Assembly: GCA_951406725.2 (NCBI GenBank)
Contig: OX597817.1
Location: 130,386,001-130,450,000, forward strand
DNA: 64,000 nucleotides
Direction: 5' to 3'
Source of the DNA: Octopus vulgaris
Taxonomy: Eukaryota
Below the pieces are notes generated by a model. That model did no database searches, was not told the DNA's origin, and saw nothing but the letters and a program-made list of their open reading frames with translations. The number at the start of each line of letters is the position of its first letter. The first letter of the stretch is position 1. Shown one piece after another: positions 25,741-39,050 of the stretch. The position numbers and the translations under genes are program-made.

Positions 25741-26297
25741 GAGTGAGTGAGAGGGCAGTGCATGCCATCAAAGTGACAAAGGGTAAAATATATGAAGCTC
25801 AGTATACCCATCATGACTACCCGTCTGATAAGGATACACCAGGCACATTCATCACGACCGTATGTGCACGACATAGTGATCACGTATCAGTATAAACAGC
25901 GCATGACCTTGCAGGTGGGGCCCAGTTAGAATTTTCTTCTGGTCGAGTAGCCCATCTTGCTCAAAAGGTCCCTGAATAAGGGTTGTTTAAGGATGATGAA
26001 CAAAACACTTATGTTTCCAGAGATGAATTATCCAAACTCCAAAGAATTCTTCTCAAAACATGGCTATGATGCTCCCTCACTACTTCTGCTCGTGATCAGA
26101 GATGCACCTATCATCAACCACTGAGGGACATGCTCAATTGGTTAAGACCAAACAACTGACAAGCAAATCTGAGGTATTGAGCAGAATATTTGCTGTATCC
26201 CATCTTTTATACAAAGACAAAAGAATGTACATGATAACACTTCCAATCAGTTAAGATCAGAAGGCATGAAAGCCACTGCTTGGTACTGCATCAGGGC

Positions 26298-26300
<3 letters not shown>
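25741..26300. repeat. Probable interspersed repeat (retroelement fragment) flanked by (ATT)n tracts
   Basis: A sharply bounded 560-bp block between two (ATT)n arrays. The family is not identified. Confidence 0.4.
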
Positions 26301-26348
<48 letters not shown>

Positions 26349-26350
26349 TA

Positions 26351-26790
26351 AGGCGGCGAGCCCGCAGGATTGTTAACACGCCGGGAAAAATGCTTAGCAC
26401 AATTTCGTCCGTCTTTACGTTCTCAGTTCAAATTCTGCCGAGGTCGACTTTGCCTTTCATCCTAACGGGGTCGATGAAATAAGTACCACTTGAATATTGG
26501 GTCGATGTAATCAACTAGCCACTTCTCCAGCCTTGTACCTATAGGAGAAAGGATTATTATTACAAAGAGACTCTGGCGAGCTGGCAGATTCGTTATAACG
26601 TCGACAAAATGCAAAGCAGCATTTCTTCCAGATTAACGTTCTAGGTTCAAATTTCGCCGAAGTTAACTTTGCCTTTCATACTCTCGGGGATGATGAAATA
26701 AGTGCTAGCTGAGGACTGGGTTTGATGTAATCGACTAGACCCTCTCCCTCCACAAAATTTCAGGCCTTGTGCTTACAGCCGGAAGAATTA
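26351..26790 (+). mobile_element. Two tandem SINE copies (6264 family)
   Basis: GGCGGCGAGC heads at 26352 and ~26575 with the shared core. Confidence 0.75.
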
Positions 26791-27097
26791 TTTTTTTTTA
26801 CTAAATCAAGACAAAGGTGAGTATAGATAATTAGGCGATCCAGTTTCGATATCTATGAGAGCAAATCGCTTAAATTCTTTGGTTTTGATATATTCTCTTG
26901 AGAAAGGATCACCGCTTTAACATCATACGTTTTTGTTGTATCTCGGGAGAGTCATTATACCAATAATACGTTTCCTATCTGGAAATAATCACAAGTTTTA
27001 TACCCTACACCTTATGGCTATATCGGCAACAGAAGCGGTAGCACCAACAGCAATAGCAGCAGCTGTGGTGGTAGAAGTAGTAGTGGTTGTGGTGGTG

Positions 27098-27145
<48 letters not shown>

Positions 27146-28026
27146 AGTGGTAGCAACAGCAGCTGCAGCAGACGGAATTAAAACTTTATAGCTGTAACAA
27201 ATACTGATAAAATTCTGTTGCCGCCGTTTTCAAACCTCATTTTCGATTGTTCTGTACGAGTTTTCTACCGATTGCTCCTGGCCTACGTATTTCATTCACA
27301 CTCTACCCCGTCACATTTTACAGGAACTCTTACCGCAATCATCAAAGCCATTCCGGATGTACTGAATCCTTAGTGACTAGGCACAGGGCCAGAGATAGCC
27401 TTCTTGAAATTCAATTTACTTTCACGGCAACACATTTTGAATAGCAAACGAAATACATGCAGACGTTCTGTTCAAAGCAAGTGATCGATAGATGTTTATT
27501 GAGAAAGAAAGTGCGTAGTTGTGTGTAGGGTATGTACGTGTAAGCTTAGAGATCAAAACTCTTTTTATATGTATTTAGTATTCATTTGAGTTTATATATA
27601 TATATAACATTATGAACATTCACTTATACAACTATACAGATATATATATACGTATATACATACATGCATGCATCAGGCGTGCAAAAAGTATACACACATA
27701 ATATGCATGCATAAATACGTTAATATATACACACTAGCATGCACCTATATTATACATACGTGTGTTCATAAATTTCATACATACATGCTATATATTAAAT
27801 ATATTAAAATCGGGGGGGGGGTACAATATATATATAGATAGATATACACATACACCCATGCATACATACATACAAACAAACAGACAGACAGATACACATA
27901 CACACATACGCACACACAAGATATATATAAAAAAAATAATAGGTACTCACAACTATGTACACACACGCAACACACTGTACATACGTACGTACACCCAACA
28001 CACACACACACACACACATACATACC

Positions 28027-28079
<53 letters not shown>

Positions 28080-28735
28080 ATTGAGTGACAGATGTATGAG
28101 CCTGAGCGTGTGTATAGGCAGTCAGACAAGGAGACAGACAGAATTTCCCGAGAGTTTCTTCGTATCCAAAGTTATTGATTTTGTTTTCTTTTTCGTAAGG
28201 CTAAAGATCGCTTTTAGTAGGATAGACGGAATAATCGATCGCAGAATATTATTGGCTTAGTTTATTGATTCTGAAGATAGGCTCAGACGAAAAATCAATA
28301 TAAACATCAATTGTTTTCTGCCAGGGATCGAACCCTTATAGTCTAATCGGTTTCCTAGAAATTTACGATTTATTTTTCTTACTAACTTGTTGCATAGAGT
28401 TGTGTGTATACATACATACATACATACATACATACATACATACATACATACATACATACATTGGCGGTGCCCTAGCATAGCCGCAGTCTCAAGGAAGAAA
28501 TATATAAAAGAATAAAAGAATATATAGACACACGCACACACACACACACACACAAAGAAGAAGAAGGAGAAGAAGAAGAAGAAGAAGAAGAAGAAGAAGA
28601 AGAAGAAGAAGAAGAAGAAGAAGAGAGAGAGAGAGAGAGAGAGAAGAACGCGCATACACTATGTGCAATAAGTTAGGAAGAGAAGAAAGATTTCTAGCGA
28701 GTCAAATCGAAGACAGAATGTGGAAGTCTGATAGA

Positions 28736-28776
<41 letters not shown>

Positions 28777-30007
28777 GGAGAGGGAGAGACAGAGAGACAG
28801 AGAGACAGAGAGAGAGACGAAGGAAGACCATATATCTAAGAGAACAGACTGAAAGGAAATGAGATAAATATCAAGTGGGTGACAAGTAGTGGGGGGGTGC
28901 AATAGCGGGGCAAAGTTAATGGAAAAGAGATAGTGGTGGTAAATTGAGGAAGAGAAAGAGGGTATGCGAGAGAGGGAGGAAAGTGGGGAAGAAGTGTAGA
29001 GTGAGGCAAGAGAATATTAAAGTGAAAGAGAAAGAGAGAAAAATAAAGATAGAAAGAATGAGTGAAAGAGTGAAGGAGAGAGAGAGAGTGTGTGTGAAAC
29101 ATACACGCGCGCGCACACCGTCCCTCCTACACACACACACATAGATAAATAGATAGGAGAGAGAAAAAGAGAGTAAGACAGGGAAACTATATGTGTGTGG
29201 GAGAGAGAAAGAGAGTGGTAGTGGTGGAGTGATTTGGTAGGTGAAATTATTTGATACGACATTCAATAAAATATAACAAATAATAGCTGACGACGTCATT
29301 CTACGTGATTACCCGTTCTACGGCTAATAGCGACCATATTTCCCTGAAATCACTTCGTAATTCCTATAAAGAGTGAAATCACGTACGATGGAACAGAGGT
29401 GGACATGCTATGTCTGAAAAAATAGACACACTGTTCTTAGCAGAAGCACGTTTGTTAGATAAGGGCTGAACTAGAATTAAACTACTTCTGCTTAACAACT
29501 CTGGCTTTCACTTTTCTTTATTTTCTGCCTCAACCCATTTCTTGTTAAAGCCAACAAGGAAGCTTATAGTCGCAAATAGCCGCCAAATACACCACCGTCT
29601 TAAAAACAAAAAAGACGGAAAACGCTTTCAACAATGTAAGCTTATGTATATATATATAAAAAAAATAGATCGGTCATGTCTGGAACACTTTTGATCATAG
29701 GTCTGCTCAGTTACGGTTGACTTGGAGCAAGGCCACAGAATACTCAGTTCGTATATTTGGTTGTGAGATTGGGACCTACCGCCACGGAACGGGAAATTTG
29801 TCATACTGTCCGGCCTTTTCCCGTCCCTTCGATCTAGCCCCGTTGGCTCGAGTTGACACTATGGAACAAGACTAGCCCTTCAAGTTGCAAGTACAGTATA
29901 CCCTATACTATAGTCCACACACTTTTAGCTTTAATACAATCGACATAATCGGCCTGATACACTGTGTGACAAGGTTGGTATTTTAAATAATAAGTGCAAT
30001 ACATCTA

Positions 30008-30412
30008 AGGCGGCGAGTTGGCAGAAACGTTAGCATGCGGGGCGATAATGCTTAGCCGTATTTCGTCTGCAGTTACGTTCTGAGTTCGAATTCCGCCGAG
30101 GTCGACTTTGCTTTTCATCCTTTCGGGGTCGATTAAATAAGTACCAGTTACGCACTGGGGTCGATATAATCGACTTAATCCGTTTTTCTGTCCTTGTTTG
30201 TCCTCTCTGTGTTTAGCCCCTTGTGGGTAGTAAAGAAATAGGTATTTCGTCTGCCGTTACGTTCTAAGTTCAAATTCCACCGAGGTCGACTTTGCCTTTC
30301 ATCCTTTGGGGGTTGATTAAATAAGTACCAGTTATGCACTGGGGTCGATATAATCGACTTAATCCCTTTGTCTCCTCTGTGTGTAGCCCCCTTGTGGGCA
30401 ATAAAGAAATAA
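30008..30412 (+). mobile_element. Dimeric SINE (6264 family)
   Basis: A head plus two cores, each ending TAGCCCC..TTGTGGG...TAAAGAAATA. Confidence 0.85.
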
Positions 30413-31508
30413 GTGTCATACATCTTGTAGTAGTAAGTTAAGGCGATAGATTTTCAAAATCGTTTGAGCGTCAGTAAAGTGCTTTGCAGTATTTATTCTG
30501 ACTTTTTTTCTGTTCGGATACACACTCACACACGATTCACATTTTCTACACGTATATCTTTATCGTGTATAGGTTTTTCCTATACATTTAATATCATCGT
30601 TTTATATGAGTATGTATTTAACCTGTCTGCGAGTGAGTCAGTGTAAAAGCATGTAATACAAGAGCACATGTATTCTATCCTTACACAAAACTCAAACTTC
30701 CCTGGTGATTTTCTTGGTTATCCAACATAAAAAAAAAATCAAACTTTAAAGTTCTAAATTTATTCCCAGAGAAAAATAGGAACACATAAGCGCAGCAAGG
30801 CTGTGTGGTAATAAATGCTTGCTTTGCAACCACGTAGTTTCGAGTTCAATCCCACTGCGCAGCCATACGTCTTCTGATCTAGCCCGGAGCCGACGTAAGT
30901 GAAACTACGTCGAATCCCATCGCACACGCATCTGTGTGTATGCCTGTGTTTGTCATTTTGTTCGTTCTTCAATCACCGCTCGACAACCGATGTTGATTAG
31001 ATTACATCCTCCGTAACTAAGCGGTTCGTCAAAAGAGAAGCCGGCAGAAAAAGTGCCAGGCTTTAAAAAATAAGTACTAGGGTCAATTTTTTCGACTAAA
31101 CCCTTCAGAACGGTGCTCCAATATGGCTAAAGTCCAATGATTAACACAATAAGATAAAACATAGTAACCTAAAGTTCTACTTCACATTGGCTTCATACAG
31201 ATATTTGTAATAAATAACACAAATGACACACTTGAGGACTAACACCAAAATCGTATTGAACCTAAGATATGTAAAGACACCTTCATATACTTACTCACCA
31301 AGCTCTATAACAACTCACCAAGTGCCCACCTGCTCAACATATCTATAACAACTCACACATCTGTCCACCTGCCCTACGAATCCAGTTACATCAACAATTT
31401 TCACTTCCCTTAACAACTCTTGCCTAACTGTGACCACGTTTGTATCGTTGGCGATTTTCTTTCTCCGTCTTCCCTTCTTTGGACTTTTCTTTTTCTTTTT
31501 TTTTCTAT

Positions 31509-31543
31509 ATTTCTGACGAAGAGCTCCGCTCGAAACGTGAAAT
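31509..31543 (+). ncRNA. Minimal type I hammerhead motif (PLE-type; GUG at cleavage site, probably inactive)
   Basis: AUUU-CUGACGA-A-GAGC-UCC-GCUC-GAA-ACGU-G-AAAU. It lies in a 3'-end-like segment that finishes in (TA)n at 31598. Confidence 0.6.
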
Positions 31544-31593
31544 CCTCCTTCTTTCTTTCCTTTCCTGAGCGTCCAATAACACTATACTTATTC

Positions 31594-31663
<70 letters not shown>

Positions 31664-32260
31664 CCCGTTAATTTACTTACTCGGGTAAAAACACAACTGG
31701 AAAACCACATAATTAGTCGGCAAAAAGGAACTCGGCGTCACTACTAACGCTGGAACCCGTTTTTAAGTTTCCAAAAAAAATATACATTAATCAATATGCT
31801 ATAAGCTGTATCTTAAAACAGCGTATAACAGTTCTCTACAAAATATTCCTATTTCCTTGCTTTTGTGGCTTTCACCGTTTTCCATTTCCTTCTCTTTCTT
31901 ATTCGTCAATCAAGATAAGCCTATAAATACGATCAATTTCATACATTCTATAAATGTTTAACGAACTGCTTGTGTGAAAGAACCTGCTTGTGTGCATCGG
32001 TCGTAGTCATTTTTAGCAACATTCACACATATACATATACACACATATATTGTTGATGTCATATTTAACTACATCAACCTAAAATATCGCTATTCTTTAC
32101 AGTTTATGTATACGCTTCGAGATATACTATTCCAAACATTTCATATATATATACATATATATAAGTTCAGCAAAATTTAGATTCAAATGAATATGGTACT
32201 TAAGTTAGATGCACCAGAATTTTGTATGGTGTTATCCATATAAATCCATGGGGTGGTTAT

Positions 32261-32582
32261 AATCAAAATAAGCAACAAGAATAACTTCGGTAATTTGGTA
32301 CGATCGTTTCACGCTACATCATTTTATTAAATGTTGTGTCACAACAGTTTTAAAATGCTAAGCACTCATCAGCCATTAATAGAGGTTTTCCATTAATACA
32401 TAATTTTCATATCAAAATTATATATAATTATATGAAAATTATGTATTAATGGAAAACCTCTATTAATGGCTGATGAGTGCTCAGCATTTTAAAACTGTTG
32501 TAATACTTACAACATTTAATAAAATGATGTAGCGTGAAACGATCGTGCCAAATTACCGAAGTAATTCTTGTTACTTATTTTG

Positions 32583-32586
<4 letters not shown>
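32261..32586. mobile_element. Palindromic PLE-like element (arms ~32261-32412 and ~32430-32586) with an HHR in each arm
   Basis: Near-perfect inverted arms, with (TA)n on the right. HHR: UGG-CUGAUGA-GUGCU...AGCGU-GAA-ACGAUCGU-H-CCA. Confidence 0.75.
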
Positions 32587-32646
<60 letters not shown>

Positions 32647-32871
32647 AAATAATTGAGATTCAGTTGAATTAGGTACTTACGTTGAAGCACCAAGTTAGTG
32701 CGATGTTATCCGTACAACTCAAAGTAAGGTTGGTGCTAATCTGACTCAGAATATACTCTGAGTTACATTAGTAGCAACATGGGCTTTCTCCCTCTTCTTA
32801 CTCTATTAGAGAATTTGAGTAAAATTATATTAATGTGTCCAACTGATTAACAAAATTCTATTTATTCATTT

Positions 32872-32960
32872 ATGAAACTGAGGATAGCTCTGTATTTAAA
32901 TTGCTGTAATGACTGCATTGTTCAATTAAATGGAACCGCTTGAAACGGTCGTACTGCATC
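32872..32960 (+). ncRNA. Degenerate long-helix-II hammerhead motif
   Basis: CUGAGGA (32878) UAGC...GCUU GAA-ACGGUCGU-A CUGCAU. Helix I is partly decayed. Confidence 0.5.
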
Positions 32961-32984
32961 ACCTCTTGATATCCCATTGCTTAT

Positions 32985-33570
32985 TTTGATACTCCACTCT
33001 AAACGCTTTGCAACGTTTGTTTTTGAAAGTAGTGATTTTCTGATTGCAGCCCTCCCGTGAAATCCGGCTTTGTGCAACTCCCGGCGAACAGTTTTTGTGG
33101 AAATTGGGTTCTCGAGGTGATCATTAAGCTCTGCAGTAATTTTGGGAGCTGTAGTTTTGTGATCCTTTCTAACAATTCGCGTAAGAGTCCGACGATCCCT
33201 AACTGAAAGTTTTGGTTTTCTTCCGGGGTTTCGTTTCGACGAGGAGGTTTTTCCATCTTTCTCAAAGGCTGTCATTACTTTCGAGACAGTACTTCTTGAT
33301 ACACCAAACATTTCGGCTGTTTTCGTTACGCTAGCACCTGCCATATGAGCACCAATAATTTGACCTCTTTGAAAGTCCGATAGATCTGTGATTTTAATGA
33401 ATTTTAATTACCATTTTCTGATATCTGAAAAGAAACAGCAAATTTAGCAAAGCATATTAAGCAACACTAATAATAAATCAAAAGACATAAAAATAAACAA
33501 GTGTTTGACGGTTTTATAGATATTTCAAAATTATGATGCTAGGTGTTTCCATTATTTTGTCCAACCCCTG
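32985..33570 (-). mobile_element. Tc1-like transposon, 5' portion (TIR + transposase HTH region)
   Basis: TIR CAGGGGTTGGACAAAATAATGGAAACACCT preceded by TA. ORF 32922-33344 gives GASVTKTAEMFGVSRSTVSKV..GRKPKLS.RDRR.L.R...T..ELN...IS.KTVRRELHKAGFHGR. It is truncated before the DDE domain. Confidence 0.9.
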
Positions 33571-33779
33571 TATATATAACAACAAATGGATAATGTGTCA
33601 ATTCACTACAGCTATTTCCAACGAATGTATTCGTCTCTCTTTGTGGTGTATGCATTTTAATTTTGACCTGATTCGGTGCTTTACTATTTAAGTGCCTGGT
33701 TCACTTGAACCTTAATCTTTTGTATATATATGTATATTGTTTCGAATTTGTGTGAATGTGTATAGAATAATATATCAGT

Positions 33780-34031
33780 TGAATAAAGGTAAAACATGGT
33801 CTGGTTTTCACGTTTTTTTATTATAGTATTTCAACATTAAAAAATATTTTGTAATGCTCATAAAGTTAAATTAGCGTTTTCATACATAGTGTAATCATCA
33901 AATTTCAAATGTGTTTAACTAACAGTTGAATTCTTGACAACTTTAGTACCTCTTAGAACGCTCCAACAAGCTGAATTTTTAAAATACCATAATAAAAACG
34001 TGAAAACCAAACCATGTTTTAACTTTATTCA
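33780..34031. repeat. Inverted repeat (~55-bp arms) adjoining (TA)n
   Basis: TGAATAAAGGTAAAACATGGTCTGGTTTTCACGTTTTT versus AAAAACGTGAAAACCAAACCATGTTTTAACTTTATTCA. Confidence 0.7.
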
Positions 34032-34043
34032 TATATACATACA

Positions 34044-34125
<82 letters not shown>

Positions 34126-34578
34126 TCATAGGGAGGAGAAGAAGGTTTTGATGAAGGGAAATAAACAGAAACAGAAAGAAAGCAGAAAAAAGAAAGGAAA
34201 AAGGAAAAGAGAAAGAAGGAAGAAAGGATTTTGAAAGAAAAATACTGTAGGGTAGGCAGTTGGTAACTCAACAAGAGAATTCAATAGAAACAAGATAAAC
34301 TATTTAATAAGTAAATAAATAAATTTGAATGGGAGACAAAAGGATGAAATTGTATGGGTGGATGGAGAAGGAATTTGGAAAAATATCAATAAATATATAA
34401 AGAAAATGGATGGGTTGGCTAAATGAATATTTATTTATTCTCTCATTTCTTTCATCTGTTATGAGTTTACATTGTAACAGTTGTACTATGATAGCGTCAT
34501 GCGAACCAGCTAAGTGATACAGGCACCGCAATGCACCCTTTTTTCATTAGTAACGTATAAATCCATCAGCGACTAGAT

Positions 34579-35100
34579 CAGCGGTTCTCAACCGGGGTCT
34601 ATATGGCCCCCGAGGGTCCACATAAGATTTGGGGGGGGGGTCTACGCAACAAAATGGTAAATTAGGTATCCACAATAGTATTTTAACCCTTATGATAGCA
34701 ATCCGCCTGAAACTGCCTTTGGCTCTGTAGTACAAATGTCATGTTTTCAAAAGTTGTGAATTAAAATCTTCCACCAAACCTTAGTCACAATTTATGTTCC
34801 TAACAAAGTTATTTTACTAAACTCTTCGTTATATTTAAAACATAATTGAAAGAAATACAGAGAATCTCAACAGAAATATGGTAACAAAGGGGTTAAAGCC
34901 CCCTGGAAAATATTTGCTTTAGACGTATGTATTGAAAGAAACAGGTTTCTTTCTCCAACATTTTATATAGCTCAACCTACACTAGTTAATGAGAAAAATA
35001 AAATAGGAATTTAGAAAGAACATCGATTGGCTATGGTGGTTCACCAGAATAAAATATTAATCAAAGGTGCCCATAGATAAAAAATGGTTAAGAACCCACG
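34579..35100 (+). mobile_element. hAT MITE with 8-bp TSD GACTAGAT
   Basis: Termini CAGCGGTTCTCAACC ... GGTTAAGAACCCACG, with GACTAGAT at 34571-34578 and 35101-35108. Confidence 0.85.
34687..34892. mobile_element. piggyBac-type MITE nested in the hAT MITE
   Basis: TTAA-CCCTT...AAGGGG-TTAA. This segment is absent from the 20730-21075 copy. Confidence 0.7.
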
Positions 35101-35221
35101 GACTAGATCGTGAATTTACGATGTGACTAATGCTGTTGACAAAAAATAGTTAAATGATAAAATTGAAGTGTTATATATATTCGTCTGTGTATGTGTGCGT
35201 GTATATATAAATATGCATATA

Positions 35222-36333
35222 CTAGCTGGTGTACCTGGTAATTCCCAGGGGTAAAGATGTTCTATTGGAACGCCTTATTATTCTGATATAAGAAAGCAAT
35301 TTCTTCATAACTGCCACAAAAGGTGTATTTTCCGTCACGAAAAAGTACAAAATACTGTCAGCTTGAGGAGGGAGACATTGTTGGAGATTGGCGAGAGAGG
35401 TTGGAGAGAGGCAAAGACATTATTCTGCTTAGAGAAAGCATCTGGGAAATGTTTAACTGCTGTCATTCACAGAAAAAAACTATTGTTTTACCGTGAGAAA
35501 AGCGCTGTTGAAGTGTTAAGTGAAATTTAGCAATCGAGGATCGAATCCACGCTATGCCTGCATGAAACCACTCCAAATACATTGTGGAATAAAAAATTTA
35601 TCTACTGTCATGGAAAAAGTGTAACGGTAAAAATGCAGAATTATCGGAGTAATTGATATTCAAAAAAGTATGTATGTATAGAAATGTATGAATGAAGAGA
35701 TTCAAATTAAGGAAGTGTAGTAATAATGTTTAGCAGTTCAAAGCTGTGTGTAGTGAAATGCAGAATTATGTCCGCTGATCATGAGAATCAAATATTGATC
35801 GGTTCACTAAAATCTGCAGGTGGTATGGATTATTTCCCTTGGGTTGTTTAAATCAAATATTAGTAATATGTAGTAGAGAGAAGGATCCATTGGAAGGGCC
35901 CCATTATCGATTTTTTTTTCAACAATCTAAGTATATCACGAAGTTTCCAGACATGAGTTCTACTCACGTGTCAAATAAAGTATAAAAGTGATATTGTCTG
36001 CAAAAATTAGAAATAGGACACACAAAAAATATTCAAAGTAATCGAACATAAACAATGAAATGGGTTATTTCCCGTGAGTGTTTAAAATATATTGTACAGG
36101 TGCTATGGGTTATTCCCTTGGGTATTTAAACAAATTAGTTATATGATAGATATAAAGGTCCCTTCCAGGGTCATATTATCGATATTTTTCAACAATCTAA
36201 GTATGTAACGTGGTTTCCAGACATGAGTTCTACTCACGTGTCAAGTTTCATCAAAATCAATAAAACTATGTAGTAGGAGATAGCTAACAACGCCACAAAC
36301 AAACACACACCGATATTCTACATATGTAGTAGA
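35222..36333 (-). mobile_element. Non-autonomous Helitron
   Basis: Minus strand reads A|TCTACTA... to a CCTGG/CCAGG hairpin, then CTAG|T. There is an internal ~150-bp duplication (35817-35975 and 36097-36245). Confidence 0.7.
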
Positions 36334-36597
36334 TATATACATGAGCAGGTATATTTACATCAGTGGCATATAGAGGTTGTAGTATTGGGTGTGCTGCCAT
36401 ACCAAATGCCACTAAATTTCAAGCAGGGTATAAGAAGTTTTCCATTAAGATTTGTGATTAAATTAATGATGGGTATGCAGTGCACACTTGGAATATATGC
36501 CCCTGATTTACATACATACATGCATTTATACATACATGCATACATACATACATACATACATACATACATACATACATACATACATACATACATACAT

Positions 36598-36646
<49 letters not shown>

Positions 36647-36650
36647 TAAC

Positions 36651-36722
<72 letters not shown>

Positions 36723-37399
36723 CAGATTTATATAAATATATATTACCTATATATTAACGCGCACATACACATACACACGTAAATTATATATAGCTCTCAC
36801 TGGATAGAGTGCTTTTTTTTTGCTGGTTATTGTGCGAGTTTGATGTGTACCGTTCAGTGGTTAGGACGTGATGTTGCACAACTATATATTATAGCAACAC
36901 AGCTTCTGCCCACTTAATATTAAATGTAGAAAGCAAACTTAACCTCTGTAAATTGAATCAATATGAGCTATTGTAAGCTCATTCACAAAAAATTCATTCA
37001 AAATTACACACGTTATAGATCTAGAGACAGAAATAACTCCACCTCCACTTCTCAAAATGTCTAAAAATTGCGTAGTGAAATTTAAAACGTCCGTATGAGG
37101 TTTGAACTTTGTTGAATGTGCTACGCCATATTCAAATACTTAATCGAGAAATATAACATCATATAATGCATCAGTACCCGTATGTTAAAAGGAAAACAAA
37201 AACGGTTCTATGTATAGACATATGAACGAAATGCCTCTGGAAAAGTTTCAGCTGCAGATTGGTTTCTATTTTCGGCACAACCGGATGAGATCGGTGAATA
37301 TATGCACTGGGAATGCCATATCGTAGAAATTCTTCTCTGCATAAGGTTACTCAGTATAGGGTGATATGTGAAATCTAAGGAAAATGTACATTTGGTCGT

Positions 37400-37468
37400 A
37401 ATGATACGAAGAGCCGATATCGAAGGATCAAAAAGCGACACCTTACGCCAGTAATTCCTGACACCTCT
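37400..37468 (-). pseudogene. Degraded 28S rRNA fragment (peptidyl-transferase region)
   Basis: Minus strand GAGGTGTCAG..ACTGGC..GTCGCTTTTTGATCCTTCGATATCGGCTCTTCGTATCATT versus the conserved LSU GTCGCTTTTTGATCCTTCGATGTCGGCTCTTCCTATCATT. Confidence 0.7.
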
Positions 37469-39004
37469 CGGAGGGCGGAGATGGAGAGTAAGGGTGAAGT
37501 AAAGAGATAGCATGACAGAAAAAGAGAGTGAGGAGTGATAATGAGATAGGTTGGGCTATACGTTGAATAGTATTAACCTTTGCAATGAGAGAAAAACTGA
37601 AAGTCAATTTTTTTCTTTTCTTTTCTTTTTTAGTGAATTAGAGTCATCAGAGGAAACTTGTTCCGACCTCTTGTGTTTGAGTTCAAATCACGCCAACGTC
37701 AGCTTTACGTTTTATCCTCTTAAGATTGATTGAGTGGAGTGCTGCAATGAGAGTAGTCATGCACTGTAGTACTTATTCCGTTTTTTTGGGAGGGGAGAGA
37801 ATTTTTATTGATTTTGGGTGTAGAGTTCTTGAGTGACAAACTTATCCAGAACGTGGGAGCTTTAGATCTAGGAGTAATGTTTATTTGGTCTGATGTTTGA
37901 GAAGCACGGTGATAACTTTGGACATCTTTCGGTCTTATAACAGCTCATCAGTGAAACTTAAACTTTCCCAGTTTTTGTCAGATCTAATTATAGAGAATTA
38001 TTTAGATACGCGAACATTCACGCTGTACGCAAGTTGGTGTGACAACTTAACATGATGACTAGAGTAAATTACCGAAGAGAATGTAAGCTATAGGGTGAGA
38101 GAGGGAGAGAGAAAGAAATAGAGAGGGAGAGAGAGAGAGGAAGAAGGTAGGTAAGAAAATAGAAGAGCTGAAATGAAAAGAGACACATAAAAAGAAAATG
38201 TGTGAAGCGTAGTAAAAGAGAAGAGAGAGAAAGAGAGAGCAAGTGAATGAGTCAGATTTGAAACTAGATATATTAGATGTGAAACATATTAAAAGGTAAC
38301 TATGATATGTATGTATGTGTGTGTGTATAATCTTTCAAATACAATATTTATTAGTGCATATTTAACAACACTGTCTAATACTCCCACGAGCTACATGCCA
38401 ATGGCCTGGTTCAGCACGCGGCGGCGTCGGCGGCGTCGGTGGCGTTGGCGGCGGCGGTGGTGGCGGAGGTGACGGTGGTGGAAGTGGCGTTGGTTAAACA
38501 AAACGAAAAAGAAGTTAAGATATACTGTATAAACACACGCACTCACGGATACATACATACATACAAACAAAATATGCTCAGCTCAGTGGTTATGGTGTTA
38601 TGCTCATGGTCGTAAAATTGTGGTTTCATCTGCTGGACTGAGTGACGCCTAGTGTTCTTGAGCAAGACACTTCATTTCACCTTGCTCCAGTTCACTCAGT
38701 TGGCAGAAACAAGTGATCTTGAGACGAATCGGTGCTGTGTCCCAGGGCTCCGGTGGTCAGCTAAATGAGGCGTCCTCCTGGGGTTTAAAAATAGCAGTAA
38801 CGTCGGTTCCTATGGAACAGCTGTGTTTAAGTGGCGATAAATATTACTTCTCAGTATAGTTACTGCTTTCATCTCATATAGAGATTTTCTCATCTAGCTA
38901 ATTTGCTTGTTGCAAGATCAGTGACTGTATGTCAATTATTTTCAAATATTATTATATATAGCTAGCTGGACTGAACTACTGCTATCTCCAGCAGACGAAT
39001 ATCT

Positions 39005-39050
39005 GCTCCCGAGGATGACCACTAAGAGGTCGAAACCGTACGGTCTGATA
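39005..39050 (+). ncRNA. Minimal hammerhead motif with a U4C-like change
   Basis: CCGAGGA-U-GACC-ACUAAGA-GGUC-GAA-ACCGUACGGU-C. Helix III is palindromic and the triplet is GUC, but helix I is poor. Confidence 0.55.

Noticed and set aside
37916-37958. Minus-strand CUGAUGAG..CGAAA..GUC motif
   Set aside because: The core is present but the stems are weak. It is a possible relic only. The same applies to ~31952-32011 and ~49500-49530.
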